The position numbers were made by a program, and so were the translations under genes. DNA of 64,000 nucleotides, from positions 38,626,001 through 38,690,000 of the forward strand of contig OZ320317.1 of the NCBI GenBank assembly GCA_976226885.1, in the 5' to 3' direction. The notes under the pieces were generated by a model, which had not been told where the DNA came from, did no database searches, and saw only the letters and a list, made by a program, of their open reading frames with translations. This DNA is from Iphione sp. A-MEVVRFRX5. Its lineage: Eukaryota. The first letter of the stretch is position 1. Each line of letters begins with the position of its first letter. Shown here piece by piece: positions 9,983 through 21,920 of the stretch.

Positions 9983-10161
9983 CTTGGTATTTTATTCTAT
10001 TTTACTTGTATCATAATTATTCAGGTGTTTTAATTATTTGCATTGTCGATATTCTATGTCTACTTACACTGCGCAGAGCAGCTGGATATTGATATGTGCA
10101 ATAAAGCCCAAAAGTATTGTAAACCTACCGTTTGCTTTATCTGTGATAAATCGAGCAATGG
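9983..10161 (+). repeat. Split direct repeat B2 (right terminus)
   Basis: Copy of 9649-9827. AATAAA at 10100-10105. Confidence 0.95.
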
Positions 10162-11090
10162 ATCCATCATCACCAAACAAATGCTAGTGAGCAGTGATAT
10201 GATTATGGTAGTGAATTGCAGCAAGTGAATATCACATGAAATATTTTAACAAAGTGTGACGGCCACCATGCTCTTCCATAGTCATAACTTTTTGAAAAAA
10301 AATAAAATGTCCACTGAGAAAACTGTGGCATTCGTTATATGTCACATTAGCTTCTCTAACAACCTGCAGAATAGCAGAGGTGCACGGCCTAAGGATATAT
10401 ATAGAATCATTAGGTCAGTAGGTATGCTGGCAATCAAAGCCGCTACTAATTTCTGACTCTCAAACAAGGCAAGCTGAAATTCCATTCATGAGATAACATT
10501 AAGTGCATTTTCTGCCTTTGACTGACTATGATAGTCTCCTAGCAACAGTGCCAACAACACGTCGCAATCATTCCTGATTTAAAACGCCATGAGTCATCAG
10601 AATTATCATTTCTCTTATTAAAACAGATGCTGAGCAGACCTGCTCTCACATTATACCACCCAAACCAGTCTGCTGTTATTCTTCTTAATAATATACATTA
10701 GCATATCGGAAAATTAAAGTGCTGGCCTTTGCACTTCTTCAAATCTGATCCAGAACAGAATTAGAAAGATATCAGCAGAATATATTAACTGAAAATAGAT
10801 GTTAATATATTGGGTGCTGGTTTCCAGCGCGTGAATATTCCACATGGTACTAAGGGATCCTCATATTTTGTAGGGATTTATGAGAAAAAGAGAATATGCT
10901 CATATACCTTCATGCGGGGGACGTGAGGTATTTGATTTGCACAGTACCTGCCATGGAAGAGCATCATAAATGGACTGCGATCATTTTCTAAATATGGGCT
11001 CGACCACTTACTCCGGCCCCCCTTCACCCCCATACACAACAAGCACCACATATTTACAGCAGCAGTCATACGCCTACTTACACCAGTAGC

Positions 11091-11121
<31 letters not shown>

Positions 11122-11125
11122 TCTC

Positions 11126-11163
<38 letters not shown>

Positions 11164-11172
11164 TTTCTCTCT
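11091..11172. repeat. (CT)n microsatellite
   Basis: About 80 nt of CT dinucleotide with a few interruptions. Confidence 0.95.
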
Positions 11173-14100
11173 CACATCATGCACACAAACGAGCACACAC
11201 ATTCGTACACGGGCACACGTACACGCACACACAAACCGTGATTTAGTGGGATTTGGTGCTCGGGTAGTGCTCGTCTCGGGGCACTGCCGGGCGGGACACA
11301 GTTGATCAGTGAGGCACATGAACGTCGCACGCAGACACTACTTGCCTTGCGGGCCGGGGAGACGCGTGTCGTGAAAGGCACACGCCCCAAGGCGCCCGTG
11401 CTTCAATCGGTATTATCGCGGATCACCGGGTCTTCACGGTCAGGGCACGCATGGCCCAGAAGCCTGCGACCCCTCGCTAGCCAACTCCCCCGACTGTGAT
11501 GGCCTAACGTCTGCACAACCCCTTCCCCGCCTGGCCGGCTATTATTCGCATTACAGCTTATTTCTCGACCATTTATGTGCCATTCATCTTGTTCACGCTT
11601 TCCAACACATGGCGGCTCACCATGGCTGCCGAAGGTTGTCATTTGGAGGAACCCCGATTCTTTCAGAAGCCAGGAATAGCGGGTTGAAATGAAGGCCCGA
11701 CTGCCGAGGTCCGGGGAGTGATGCGTTGCCGTATTTTTTTTCACCATTGGTAGTGCTCTTTTCAAGTTAACTCGTCACAGCATAGGAGAATGGTTATGTG
11801 GGCAAAAAATAGACTACAGATCCTTAAAAAAACATGCTGCTGCCCATGAAACTTGATAGAAGGTGACGTCAAGAAAATGTTAATGACCGAGGAAAATCTC
11901 ACTTTGAACCTATCTTCAAACGTGCCCTTTCTTACTCAAGAGAGGCAAATTACATACGAGCTCTATGCAGAGATCAGGCGGCGAGAAAAGACCTATCATC
12001 GCGCATAAGAAAGGAAATTCTTAGAGTTCCTCGTAATATGGAATGTACCTCCAATACAAATAACTGAAAAAGAATTATTCAGACCGGAGATAAATTGAAT
12101 GACGTCAATTACCAGTCCTCCATTTGAAAAAAAGATGAGCAAGTCAAGTGTGCACATAGAAAGTTTTTTCTTGATCGCTCTTCAAGAACCAAATGAACCA
12201 ATCTCAACAGACGTTGTCACGGTCAGTGTCTCTTCACTGCTACAAATTAGGTGTATGTCAAGATAATCAGCTGAAAGAAGATGTGAGTGTCATTGAAATA
12301 ACCCCATCTCATCTCAAAAGTCGAAGGTTCATTGGTTTCAACTCCTGGTGTTGCCAGTGCTATGAGTTTTCTGTTTAATTCGTCTTTCATATTTGTTTTT
12401 TTAACTCTTAAGGACCCTTTATATCACCATTTCGCCTATTTGTTGTCTCTCTGTCCGTCATGTTCTTTTTTATAGTGTCCTCTTAAATCCTTTTAACGTC
12501 CCATCAGTTCAAATGCATTTCTGCTTTAAGCATGCTTTGGGTATTACGCATTTGCGTACAACCAATAGGATCTGTTCTGAACACTTCATATTGAAAAAAT
12601 GGCCTTTCCTTTTCTCTTATTCAGCAAAACATTCCTTTTATATGTTGACTCTGCTGCGTGAATTCAGTTTTTCCTGTACATCTACCTCCCTCAGTGTTAC
12701 CTAAAACGTCCTAGTGCTTTCCTATCTGGTCAAACTGTCTTTCTCTCCGTTTCTTGCCGTGTTCAGGTGGATGATTTGCTTCCCTACAGACAGCATCTCT
12801 AACTCACATGAACAGGGGCAAGACGCCTGAGACCTGGACCGCTGGTCGGGGCGCAATGCTCGCCAAACTCTTACCCCACCCACCTCCATCCTCCTTCCCC
12901 ATTATCCAACACTCCACCAGCGGCTCTCTATTAGGTATCACACGAATGGCATTGGGGGGCAGGCAAACCAGGAGCACAAAAAGCCTTTGTAATGTGAAAA
13001 CTAACTGAGATGTATACACTCCCGATGCCAGGCCGGCTGCTTCCGTAATGGACCCCGGTCGATAAAAAGACAAAACTGAGGAAAGCCCCATTCCCTGGGC
13101 CCAGTCCATCACACGGCTAGTTGGCATCATGGCGGGTAAGGTTCTCACGCCATAACATGACGTTAAAAGGAGGCCCACCTACTAAGGACTTCCTCATGAA
13201 TTGCTTACTTCGGGTCCTAAGAGCTTAAGCTAGATGACAAAAGTTCATTGCTTCTTAAATTCATGACAATATTAGATTGATTAGATTACAAGTTTACATA
13301 AATGCTTTAACAACACCTTGTGTCTTTACTTTGTAAGAGACGTGCTTGAGGCAAATCAAATAAAAGACTAAAATTCAAAACAGCGGCAATAGTTGTCATA
13401 ACAATAACAATAATATATAGAGCGACATTTAGGCACTTGAGGTGGCAGTCAGGGCATACTCTTCATAAAACAACGCTCACATTTTAACACCACTTAAAAT
13501 GCCACACAGAACTTATATTACAAAATGTGACGCAACACCTGGCCGTTATGATGCTTTATATGGTAACAAGAAAAAATGTAAAACCTGGAAGACGCACAGC
13601 TTCACCACATACTCAAGATATACAGTAACGAGTTCCCTAGGGTGTTTAACCATGACAATGCAGTTAGTGCTCCAACAATCTTATCCTACATAAATAAATC
13701 TCCAGCCAGGCGCCTATCTGCGAAATAACATTATTTGGTGCCACTCTCGAGATAACCGAGCGTTCTTGTGGTGTCCACAGTAAGACCTGCTAAAAATTGC
13801 CACGGTTTCTTCCAAGCCAGTAATAGTGAATTGCAATCGTGACGATTGTCATTTAACAGCATCATACTATTCCGGAAACTATGCATTCCAAAAATATTAG
13901 TTGCAATAGAACGTAAGCTAGGGGCATCCCTGTGACAGTTACTACTGCTTAACTTAGACCGCTTTTAATACAAAAAACCACACAGATTCCTCATATTTCA
14001 TGTAAGTAAACGCCTTCCAAAGAAGACCATCTTGATTGAGAGCATCTAGGGAAACGTGATATTACACAGAGCGGAAAAGCAAAGGCCACAAAAAGTGCAT

Positions 14101-14968
14101 GACCACTGGATAGGGAAAACGTTATTGAAGTTCGAAATCCATTTCCTAAGATTTCAGGTGCATGTTTCCACCCTCACAACATGCAGTCTGTGTTACTTTG
14201 ATAGGTACATCCCAGTCAAAACGAATTCTGAATCATATTACAAAATAATTTGTTGTGAGATCAGGATCAAGGGCGGGGAATACACTGACATGGAAATGTG
14301 CAAAGATGTTACCCCTGACCAACAGGAAAGCAAAATCACCAAATAGACACTGCTGCACCGCTGATGTTTTTTTCTAAGAAATCATAAGCGGTATGACTCT
14401 GTATCCTTATGTTCTCTATCACTTTAAAGGAACAAAGCTATGATTCATAAATATACAGTCGGACGTCCGCCTGTGCACACATCTGCAATTCGGACGCGTC
14501 CCTATAGTGGACGATTGAGCTCAGATGTGCCCCTGCAAACAAGGTAGTTATCGTGCACATTGGGGGCAGCAGGGTGGCTGAAGAAATTGTTTTCGCAGGT
14601 CAACAGGTATATTACAGTTTTGTTAATACTCTTGAAAAAGGCTTTTGCTTTGATATTTGAGGTGGCCCAGATTTCTCAACCAATCAGCATTAAATAATAT
14701 GACACCACAACTTCCAGTTTGTACCAGACGTCAAACACTAAATTTCAGAATCTCTCCTTATTTCATAGTAATTCTGAGCGGTGCAAAATCAACGTATATA
14801 CTACTGATATTCGTCACCTGCACCGGTACAAAGATGTTCACTTCATATGAAGTCCTCACACTTTGCTAACTGCAGTTGACACCCTCATGTTTTTGCCGGA
14901 CACCTTAGATACAAAGGAAACGCATTTTCAGGGTAGATATCATCCTACTGCAGATTTCAGCAGAACCA

Positions 14969-16130
14969 ATGATGCAAACCACACCAGATTCCAGCCAAGC
15001 AGAAGGACTTAACCGTATAGGAGAAAGTACAGATCATAAGGCAGAGCCCATTGCAGTCTCTGTCAGCTAGCTCAGCAGTGCGGGGTTGGGAAGACAAAAG
15101 GCAGGTCAATTCTAAAGAGAAAGGCAGAAATCATGCATGAATACTGACATTCAACTGATCCCTCAGCCAAACGCAAATTTCAATTGACCAAATCAGCGAC
15201 ACTTGATAAGAAAATCCTTTCCTAACTGCAAAGATTTTAGTCTCTCATCATTCCTATTTCTGGCCCCATGCTCTGTATGAAAGCTGTTGCTGTTGCCAGG
15301 CAGCTCAATATGGACAATTTTAAGGGGTCTACTGGCTGGATGACCAATTACCAGTATAGACATTGCATTGGTGGATTCAAAATTGTTGGGGCGAAAGCTG
15401 CAGTTGATACGATGATAGAGAAAGACTTTGCTCGAGCATTTACCAATGATCCAAAAGGGGTATGCACTCTGAAACATATTTAACATGGATGAGAGTGGGC
15501 TTTTCATGGGGCCAGATATCAGTTCTGGGAAGAAATCAAAAGACAGAATCACTGTGATGTTTTATGTGAATGCCATAGGTGTTCCAGAGACACCTGGCTA
15601 TTGGTAAATCAGTTAGTCTCTGATGTTGAGAGAAATATGAAGGACTTGTCTTCCCTACCGGTGGTATGCAGGACTAAAAAGAAGGCTCGGACGCCCACAC
15701 TTCTGTGTGAAGCTTAATTATTTCAAAAGAAAGATTATAGCCCAAGGGAGGACAGGCTTTCTCTTGGTGGACAATGCTCCAATCACCCAGAAGGACTGCA
15801 TTTGAGCCATACCAAGGTGGTATTCCTCCGCCCACTGCCACATCCTTGGACCAAGGCATTATTCAAGAGGTGAAGCTCCCTTGCAAGAAAGTACTTCTTT
15901 GAGTACACTGTCATACAATCTAATGAGAGAATGAGAGACCCCAATGCACCCATTTCCACTGTTGATATGCAGATGGTGGTATATGCTGGTAGAGAGATTC
16001 AGTCTGAGCAATGTTTAAGGCTTCTCCAAGGTGCAAGAAGGCCTCGCTGTGGAACAATTATGACCTCAGGAAGATGACAAGGACGAGAATGGAGTAGATG
16101 GGGTAGAGGAAACACAGGATACATGTATGA
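14969..16130 (+). pseudogene. Decayed pogo/Tigger (CENP-B/DDE_1) transposase
   Basis: With stops and frameshifts it reads: HTH-psq-like LAQQCGVGKT..SILKRK, CENP-B HTH IPISGPML..KA..A..L..FKGSTGW, then NMDESGLF (D at ~15488), LVDNAP (D at ~15770) and LDQGII (D at ~15849), and an acidic tail. Element TIRs were not identified. Confidence 0.85.
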
Positions 16131-16482
16131 CCACAGATAGAGACATTCAGGTAATGTTTAACAAGATGTGAAACCATTTTTTCAATAAGGGAGCCCTGGT
16201 CTGTCTAGAAACCCTCCAACCACTGTAACAGTGCCATAGTCAAAGGACCATATCCAAGAAAGCTGTGCAATCCAGCTTGGACAGTTTATTTAAAAATGAT
16301 TGCAGTTGTCTATTTGTCATATAGTTATTTTCAATCACAATAATAATGTTTTATTTGTATCCATAATTGTATTTATTACTGTACTTATGTTTACCTATTT
16401 ATGGTCGCCACTGACTACATATGTAAATCATTTTTGTACCATAGACTTACATTTATAAACCAGGCTGGAATATATACATATA

Positions 16483-16659
16483 CAGTGGAAACTCTATTTA
16501 CGACGATCCTTTGGTTCCCATCAAAAGTGGTCGTAATAGTGAGTTTGGTCGTAAATAGGTTATTATTGATATATGAAATCAAGACATCTGTTCCTACCTC
16601 AGGTGGTCTGAAATAGAGAATGGTCACAAATTGGAGTGGTCGTAAATAGGGTTCCACTG
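16483..16659. mobile_element. pogo/Tigger-type MITE (177 bp)
   Basis: TIRs CAGTGGAAACTCTATTTACGAC / GTCGTAAATAGGGTTCCACTG, flanked by TA on both sides. Confidence 0.85.
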
Positions 16660-17671
16660 TATAATTACTCACTGACACCCGACGTCGAGCACTGCATTGC
16701 CGGCACACACCGCTAATATGTACGTACTCGAGAAAATCGTTTCAGCGAAAGAAAATTATGGCACACAAAACAGTATAGAACCAAGCTTAAGAGATCTCTA
16801 CTGTCTTGCCACAATCACCTAAGAAGAGAAAGATTAACCTTCCGGACGACATTTCGACCACGGTGAACTACATATTGCTCGTCAAAATAAACCCAAACCG
16901 CCGTCACCAACATCAGCCCCGTCAGCTGAATGCAGCGATGTTAAGCCTGGCCAACTTCTCCTTCCCAATAAGGTTGTCGGATGAGAGCGTCCTTGTGGCG
17001 TCAGTAGCTGCTGGCTAATGGATCCCGCCTAGGAGTAGGGCGAATATAGCAGAAGAGACGGGGAAGAGCACGCTCGGCCCGCCCGTCGGAGGGCGCTGCC
17101 CTGTGGCTCCGTCACACTTAACAATGTACTCGCCCCAGCACCTCGTTCTTATATACCCACGCGTTGAAACTCCATACTCCGTTTTATTAGTTAGACGACC
17201 TACGCCATGAAGTGCCTTTTTTAAGGTAAATGTTTAAAGAGATAAATTGGTTCGTCACTTTTCCTTCTGGTTTATTTTGTTGTCATATTGTGGGCAATGG
17301 GATTGTTTCTCCAGCTACATAAGCGGGAAGAATAGAAATGGGCAATGCAGTGTTACTATGTTGTAAAGGTATTGGACCAATATCCATAAAGTAGGAAGGG
17401 GCCTGATTGAATGAGTTAGCTAAAAGGACGATACCACGTACAGTAATCGTAAGGTGTTCTTTTTTAATATGATTAATTGTCTTGGAAATTGGCAATATAA
17501 CCAGGCAGAGTCCTGTCTACTCATGAGTGATGTCAAAAGAAAATAAAGTTCTTATATGAGAGGCACTTGTGAGGGAGCTATACACAGACATTCACTTATA
17601 GACTGCAAATGCTATTATGAAACGGTGCATAAATGTGTTCAATCCCCTCCGTTTGAGATGGTGCGACAACG

Positions 17672-17740
17672 CATATATACATACATACATGCATACATAC
17701 ACACATACATACAATAGATACATATACACACATACGTATA
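17672..17740. repeat. Degenerate (CATA)n/(CA)n microsatellite
   Basis: Read directly from the sequence. Confidence 0.85.
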
Positions 17741-19739
17741 CCCTCCTTACTACTCTACTTCATTTGTCTTTTCTCCCTTTGAACATGCAGTTCATCCTTG
17801 CCTTTTAGCTCATTCTGCTCGCCCTAGTAGCCGTTCACCTGAGAGGGGCCAATTTATCGGTTTTACGAGCCGTGATAGAGGCTAAATGAATACAGTTAGT
17901 CGGCAGCTCTGATGACCGGCGCCATTTTGAATTTCGGGTGCCCTTCTGTTAGCGGCGCGCCCTGGCGGAAAAGTGATGTAGCTTCGGGGCAATTACCACA
18001 TGTTCCCATGGCATCTCGAGAACGTGACGTCACAGGATGCTATGACGGCGCTAATGGCGTCAACTGATCAACACAGCAAAACCCTGGGGAAGGTTGGTCG
18101 GTTAAAAGAATCACGGGAAAAACAGACTAGCTGCCAGCCGGGCCATTAGGCGAAGCATTTGTAGGGTTGAAACCATTAACGCAGGCAGTTGCAAAGTTTA
18201 AAACAACACCAATTTAGTAGTTCATTAATGTACACTACAATGTTTTGGGTTGTTAACTCTATGCATACTGCGCCACTGTATGCAGTCGTTTTTTTCGTGA
18301 TATCCATGGAAACGGTAAATTGATAAAGATATAGAAAGGGAAGAGGGATGTACGGAGAAATACAGTGGTCACGGGTTCACGGAAAGAGAAGGAAGGGTAG
18401 AAGGCGAAGACGTAGAACAATGAGAAGACCACCACCACCAACAAGAGCGACACCAACTACAAGTGCTTCTGGTGTATGAAACTGACCCTTCCATGCCAAC
18501 TACAGCCCAAGGGTTTTCTGCCGCGATATGCACCAAAACCACCATACGACACTTCCTCTCCTCTCATGGATCCTTCTCGCTCCACTCTCGATCCTTTTGC
18601 CTCTCCTCCTGCATCCACTTCTCCCTTCCTACATGATAACACGTAAGGGCCCCGTGAAGTAACCCCAACCTCTTTCAACTTCTCAATGACGTCATCCCGA
18701 TTTGCGTAGACAGGCTGCGCGTGCGCCCATCGGCTCGAGGTTTCGCCAAGGCACGTGCCGGCGCATCCCACGAAAGACCTTCACCTAGTGCCGCTGTCGC
18801 CGCGGCGGACGTGAGCGGAACTACGCAACCATCTTGAAGGCGGCTTGATGGTTCCGTTTTTGACGGCGGCTGCTTGCGGGCATGGTGGGCGGCCGGAAGG
18901 GGTTGGCGAATCCTCTTCCCTCTTCGCCAGCTCGCCGACAGGGATGGTGTCATTGGCGCTAACGATATTGGACAAGACTGTGCAGCCTCCTACGGGCGGC
19001 TCGGCAATTTAATTGGATCATGGAGATCACGTGGCGTCCCATAGCTTTACGCGGCATGATTTAAACCCACTTAGGCGGTCTATCCTACCCCCGTGCAGGC
19101 CCGGGCCCTCACGTTTAGCCCTCGGAGGCAAAACTCGAAGGAGCTGCTCACTCAAGTGTCGGAATAAACGCCGCTTTCTTGCTGAGTTTTGAGCACAGTG
19201 CTTTGTGGCTTGCGGGCTGGTATAGACATATAAACAGCCTGATTAGTAAATCGAAGACTGAATGTACACTGGGAATTTTTACTTGATGCTCAAGCTGGGA
19301 GATAGGAATGGTCACACTGTAAAAGCCCATGTTGAATCTCTTGAAATCTCTTTGTCTGACACTTGTGTACATGTAAATGTGGTAATACAATTTAACACCA
19401 ATATATGCTAATAGAATAAGATGGATTATCATGTTTATGGGCACCTAACGCTTTCTAACACATCAATAGTGCTTATAGGAACAGATAAATAGTTATGATA
19501 TCTAAGAGTAGAGGTTTTTATTCATGCCTGTGCACATCGAGCGGAGTATACAACTCTCTCATAGCCCTACAGTGTTTTTCCATATACATGTTTCACAATC
19601 TGTGTGGTGTAAACGTTTTATTTGAAACAACATTCAAAATGACAGAGCATGTTTTGATTAAAATTTCAATGTAGAGATCTAAAAAGCCAATGGTGAAATA
19701 GAGAACAAGATAATTTAAACTGAGCATAAACACCTATTT

Positions 19740-20630
19740 GAGTCGTTATGTACTTAGTGACAATAAGGAGGATTTTGGTCATGTTATGAGTATTGCCTCT
19801 GTTAAGAGGAACAACTTTATCTCTGTTTCAGTAAAGTGTATCCAAGGTGTTTGTGATTGCGATTATGAGATAAGAGATATACCTTGCAGGTTAAAACCAT
19901 GTTGTTGTAATTTGCCCTCTGTAAATGTGATATGAGAAATGCTGAAATTTGTCAAATATGGTTGGTCTTAATGAAGGCTTTAAGATCGTTGACGATAGTT
20001 GTGCTCCAGACGGATAGTCAATAAAGGGACAAAGTAAAACTAAGTTTTTTTTTGTCTAAAAGCAGTGTGAAACCTAAATGTATTAAAGCACTGGGCGGTG
20101 TTGAAACAAATGATGGATCGTTGAGACTAATAACAGACTCCTCGATGCCAGAAGGTATCAGCATGAATAATTTCATGTCCTCTACCCATAAGAGTTTTAC
20201 ATATAATTCAGTAGATCACGTAATATCGTTTTTAAGAGTGGTGAATACAGTGGCAGACATTCAAAGCACCTATAGGAGTTTAAAAACGTTTATCCAAAGC
20301 ATGAAAAATATCAAGGTTTTTCTTGGAATTCCAATGGTAAAAGAGAATTTTTGGTAAATTACGCCCTATGCTTTGGATCAAAATGTGCTCCGTATATCTT
20401 TTCACTTCTGTCTGGAGTTATACAGAAGGAAGTGGTTCGTCCTTGTGATGGTTTTGTTGTGAGCTACCTGCACGACTTCAGCGTTGTTCGAGTTGATAAA
20501 TGTGAATGTATTTTTTTCACAGATGTTATATTTGGAGTGCTTGAAGATTTTGGTTTCGAGGCTGCAGGTAATAAGGAGCAGGGACCAAGCACAAATTGCA
20601 AATTCAACCGACACTCACTATAATTTTTTC
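19740..20630 (+). pseudogene. Decayed DIRS/Ngaro-type reverse transcriptase fragment (second family)
   Basis: Motifs ALGGVE..DGSLRLITDSSMPEG.SMN, YNSVD, DIQSTYRS, LCFGSKCAPYIF, SYLHDF (YLDD equivalent) and GFE....K.QGP, split by frameshifts. Confidence 0.75.
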
Positions 20631-21785
20631 CTTTTGATATAAAACGTTCTTGACTATTCTCTCCAACCTCGATTGCTCTCGATTGTTATTCAATAAATAC
20701 ATACATGTATATAGGCACAGTCGAAAACGCTGTGTGATGGTGACAGTTTGGAGAGGAACAGACACTATTTGCTATAATTATATTCAACTGTAATAGCCAC
20801 ATTTCAATTAAGGACAGTTTTCGAATGAATCAACAGTGTCCTGATAGCAGACCTTCCACCGCATAAAGGCGACTAGGTAACCGAGTTTTATAAAATACAT
20901 TTGAATGATATCATTCAAGGAATTGTGCATCTTTCCCATGAGATAAATTTGAACTTGGATTTAGATTAACTGGGATCTTTTTTGGTGCGGTAGGCAATCA
21001 GATATGTATGAGGAAACGAATTCTCTAGCAAGGAAAGTACGTGCACACACACACGCACATACACACATATATATATATATTATATAACCAACAAGAGTTT
21101 TGCTCGGTATGTCTCAGACAATAATAGATAGAGACGGTGGTGTCATAAGGATTCATCAGCTGCAGGTCTAAAGTCACTATCTAGGGAGACGAATGGCACG
21201 GAACAGACAGGCCCAAGTTGTGTGGATGTGTAATGGGATGACAGATTACGCTGGCTTGTGGGTAGCCACAATGTAGTGTTTAAAAGGGTATGTAATCGAT
21301 GGTGGAATGGCCGGCAGCCGTCTTCATCAAGGTCCTGCCGCGCCGACAGTAGCAGAGCTGACCCAAAGCTATTCCTATGGGCTTACTCATTATGGTCCCC
21401 CACCCCATGTCAGCCTTGACCGAAACCTCACACTACTAACTGACGAACAGACTTGTCATCCACCATTAGGCATCTTCGAGCACTCCAACTCAATGTTGCC
21501 ACCTATCACACTGTATTCCCCTCCTGTCTTCCTCATCATGAGTTACTATAGCAGCCATTAAGGCGTGTTACATCATAAGTTTGGGGGCAGTACGAGCCCT
21601 TTTGTTTTACCGAAATCACTGCTGGCTCGATAAGTAAGCGAATGTACTGCAGATTGAAAATGACAAACTGATTACAGACGAACCTCCTTATCCAGAGTAC
21701 CTGGGGAATATTTTGTACAGATGATGACAAATCCAGAATGTGAAAATGCGACATGCATCTCCTGGCCTGGAAAATAGCAAACTTC

Positions 21786-21920
21786 ATGGAGATTGAGGCA
21801 AATTCCATGGAGAAAGTGCCAAAAATGGCAAATTTTAAGGACAAAGTGACAAAAAACAGCAAATTATAGGGAGAAGGTGTGGATAAACCCTTGTTAGTCT
21901 CTCATTGTTCTCTTACGGAA
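21786..21920 (+). repeat. Interspersed repeat, inverted copy of ~45422-45612
   Basis: ATGGAGATTGAGGCAAATTCCATGGAGAAAGTGCC...GGATAAACCCTTGTTAGTC...GTTCTCTTA matches the reverse complement of the 45.5-kb segment. Confidence 0.75.

Larger units (their letters stand above)
5223..10161 (+). mobile_element. Complete Ngaro-type tyrosine-recombinase (DIRS order) retrotransposon
   Basis: Split direct repeats in the order A1 (5223-5342) ... B1 (9649-9827), A2 (9823-9942), B2 (9983-10161). Gag, RT/RNase H and YR ORFs lie in tandem, with no recognisable methyltransferase domain. There is no flanking TSD, only a shared AATGG core at both ends. Confidence 0.93.

Noticed and set aside
10878-11129. ORF MRERERE...
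   Set aside because: Translation artefact of the (CT)n microsatellite.
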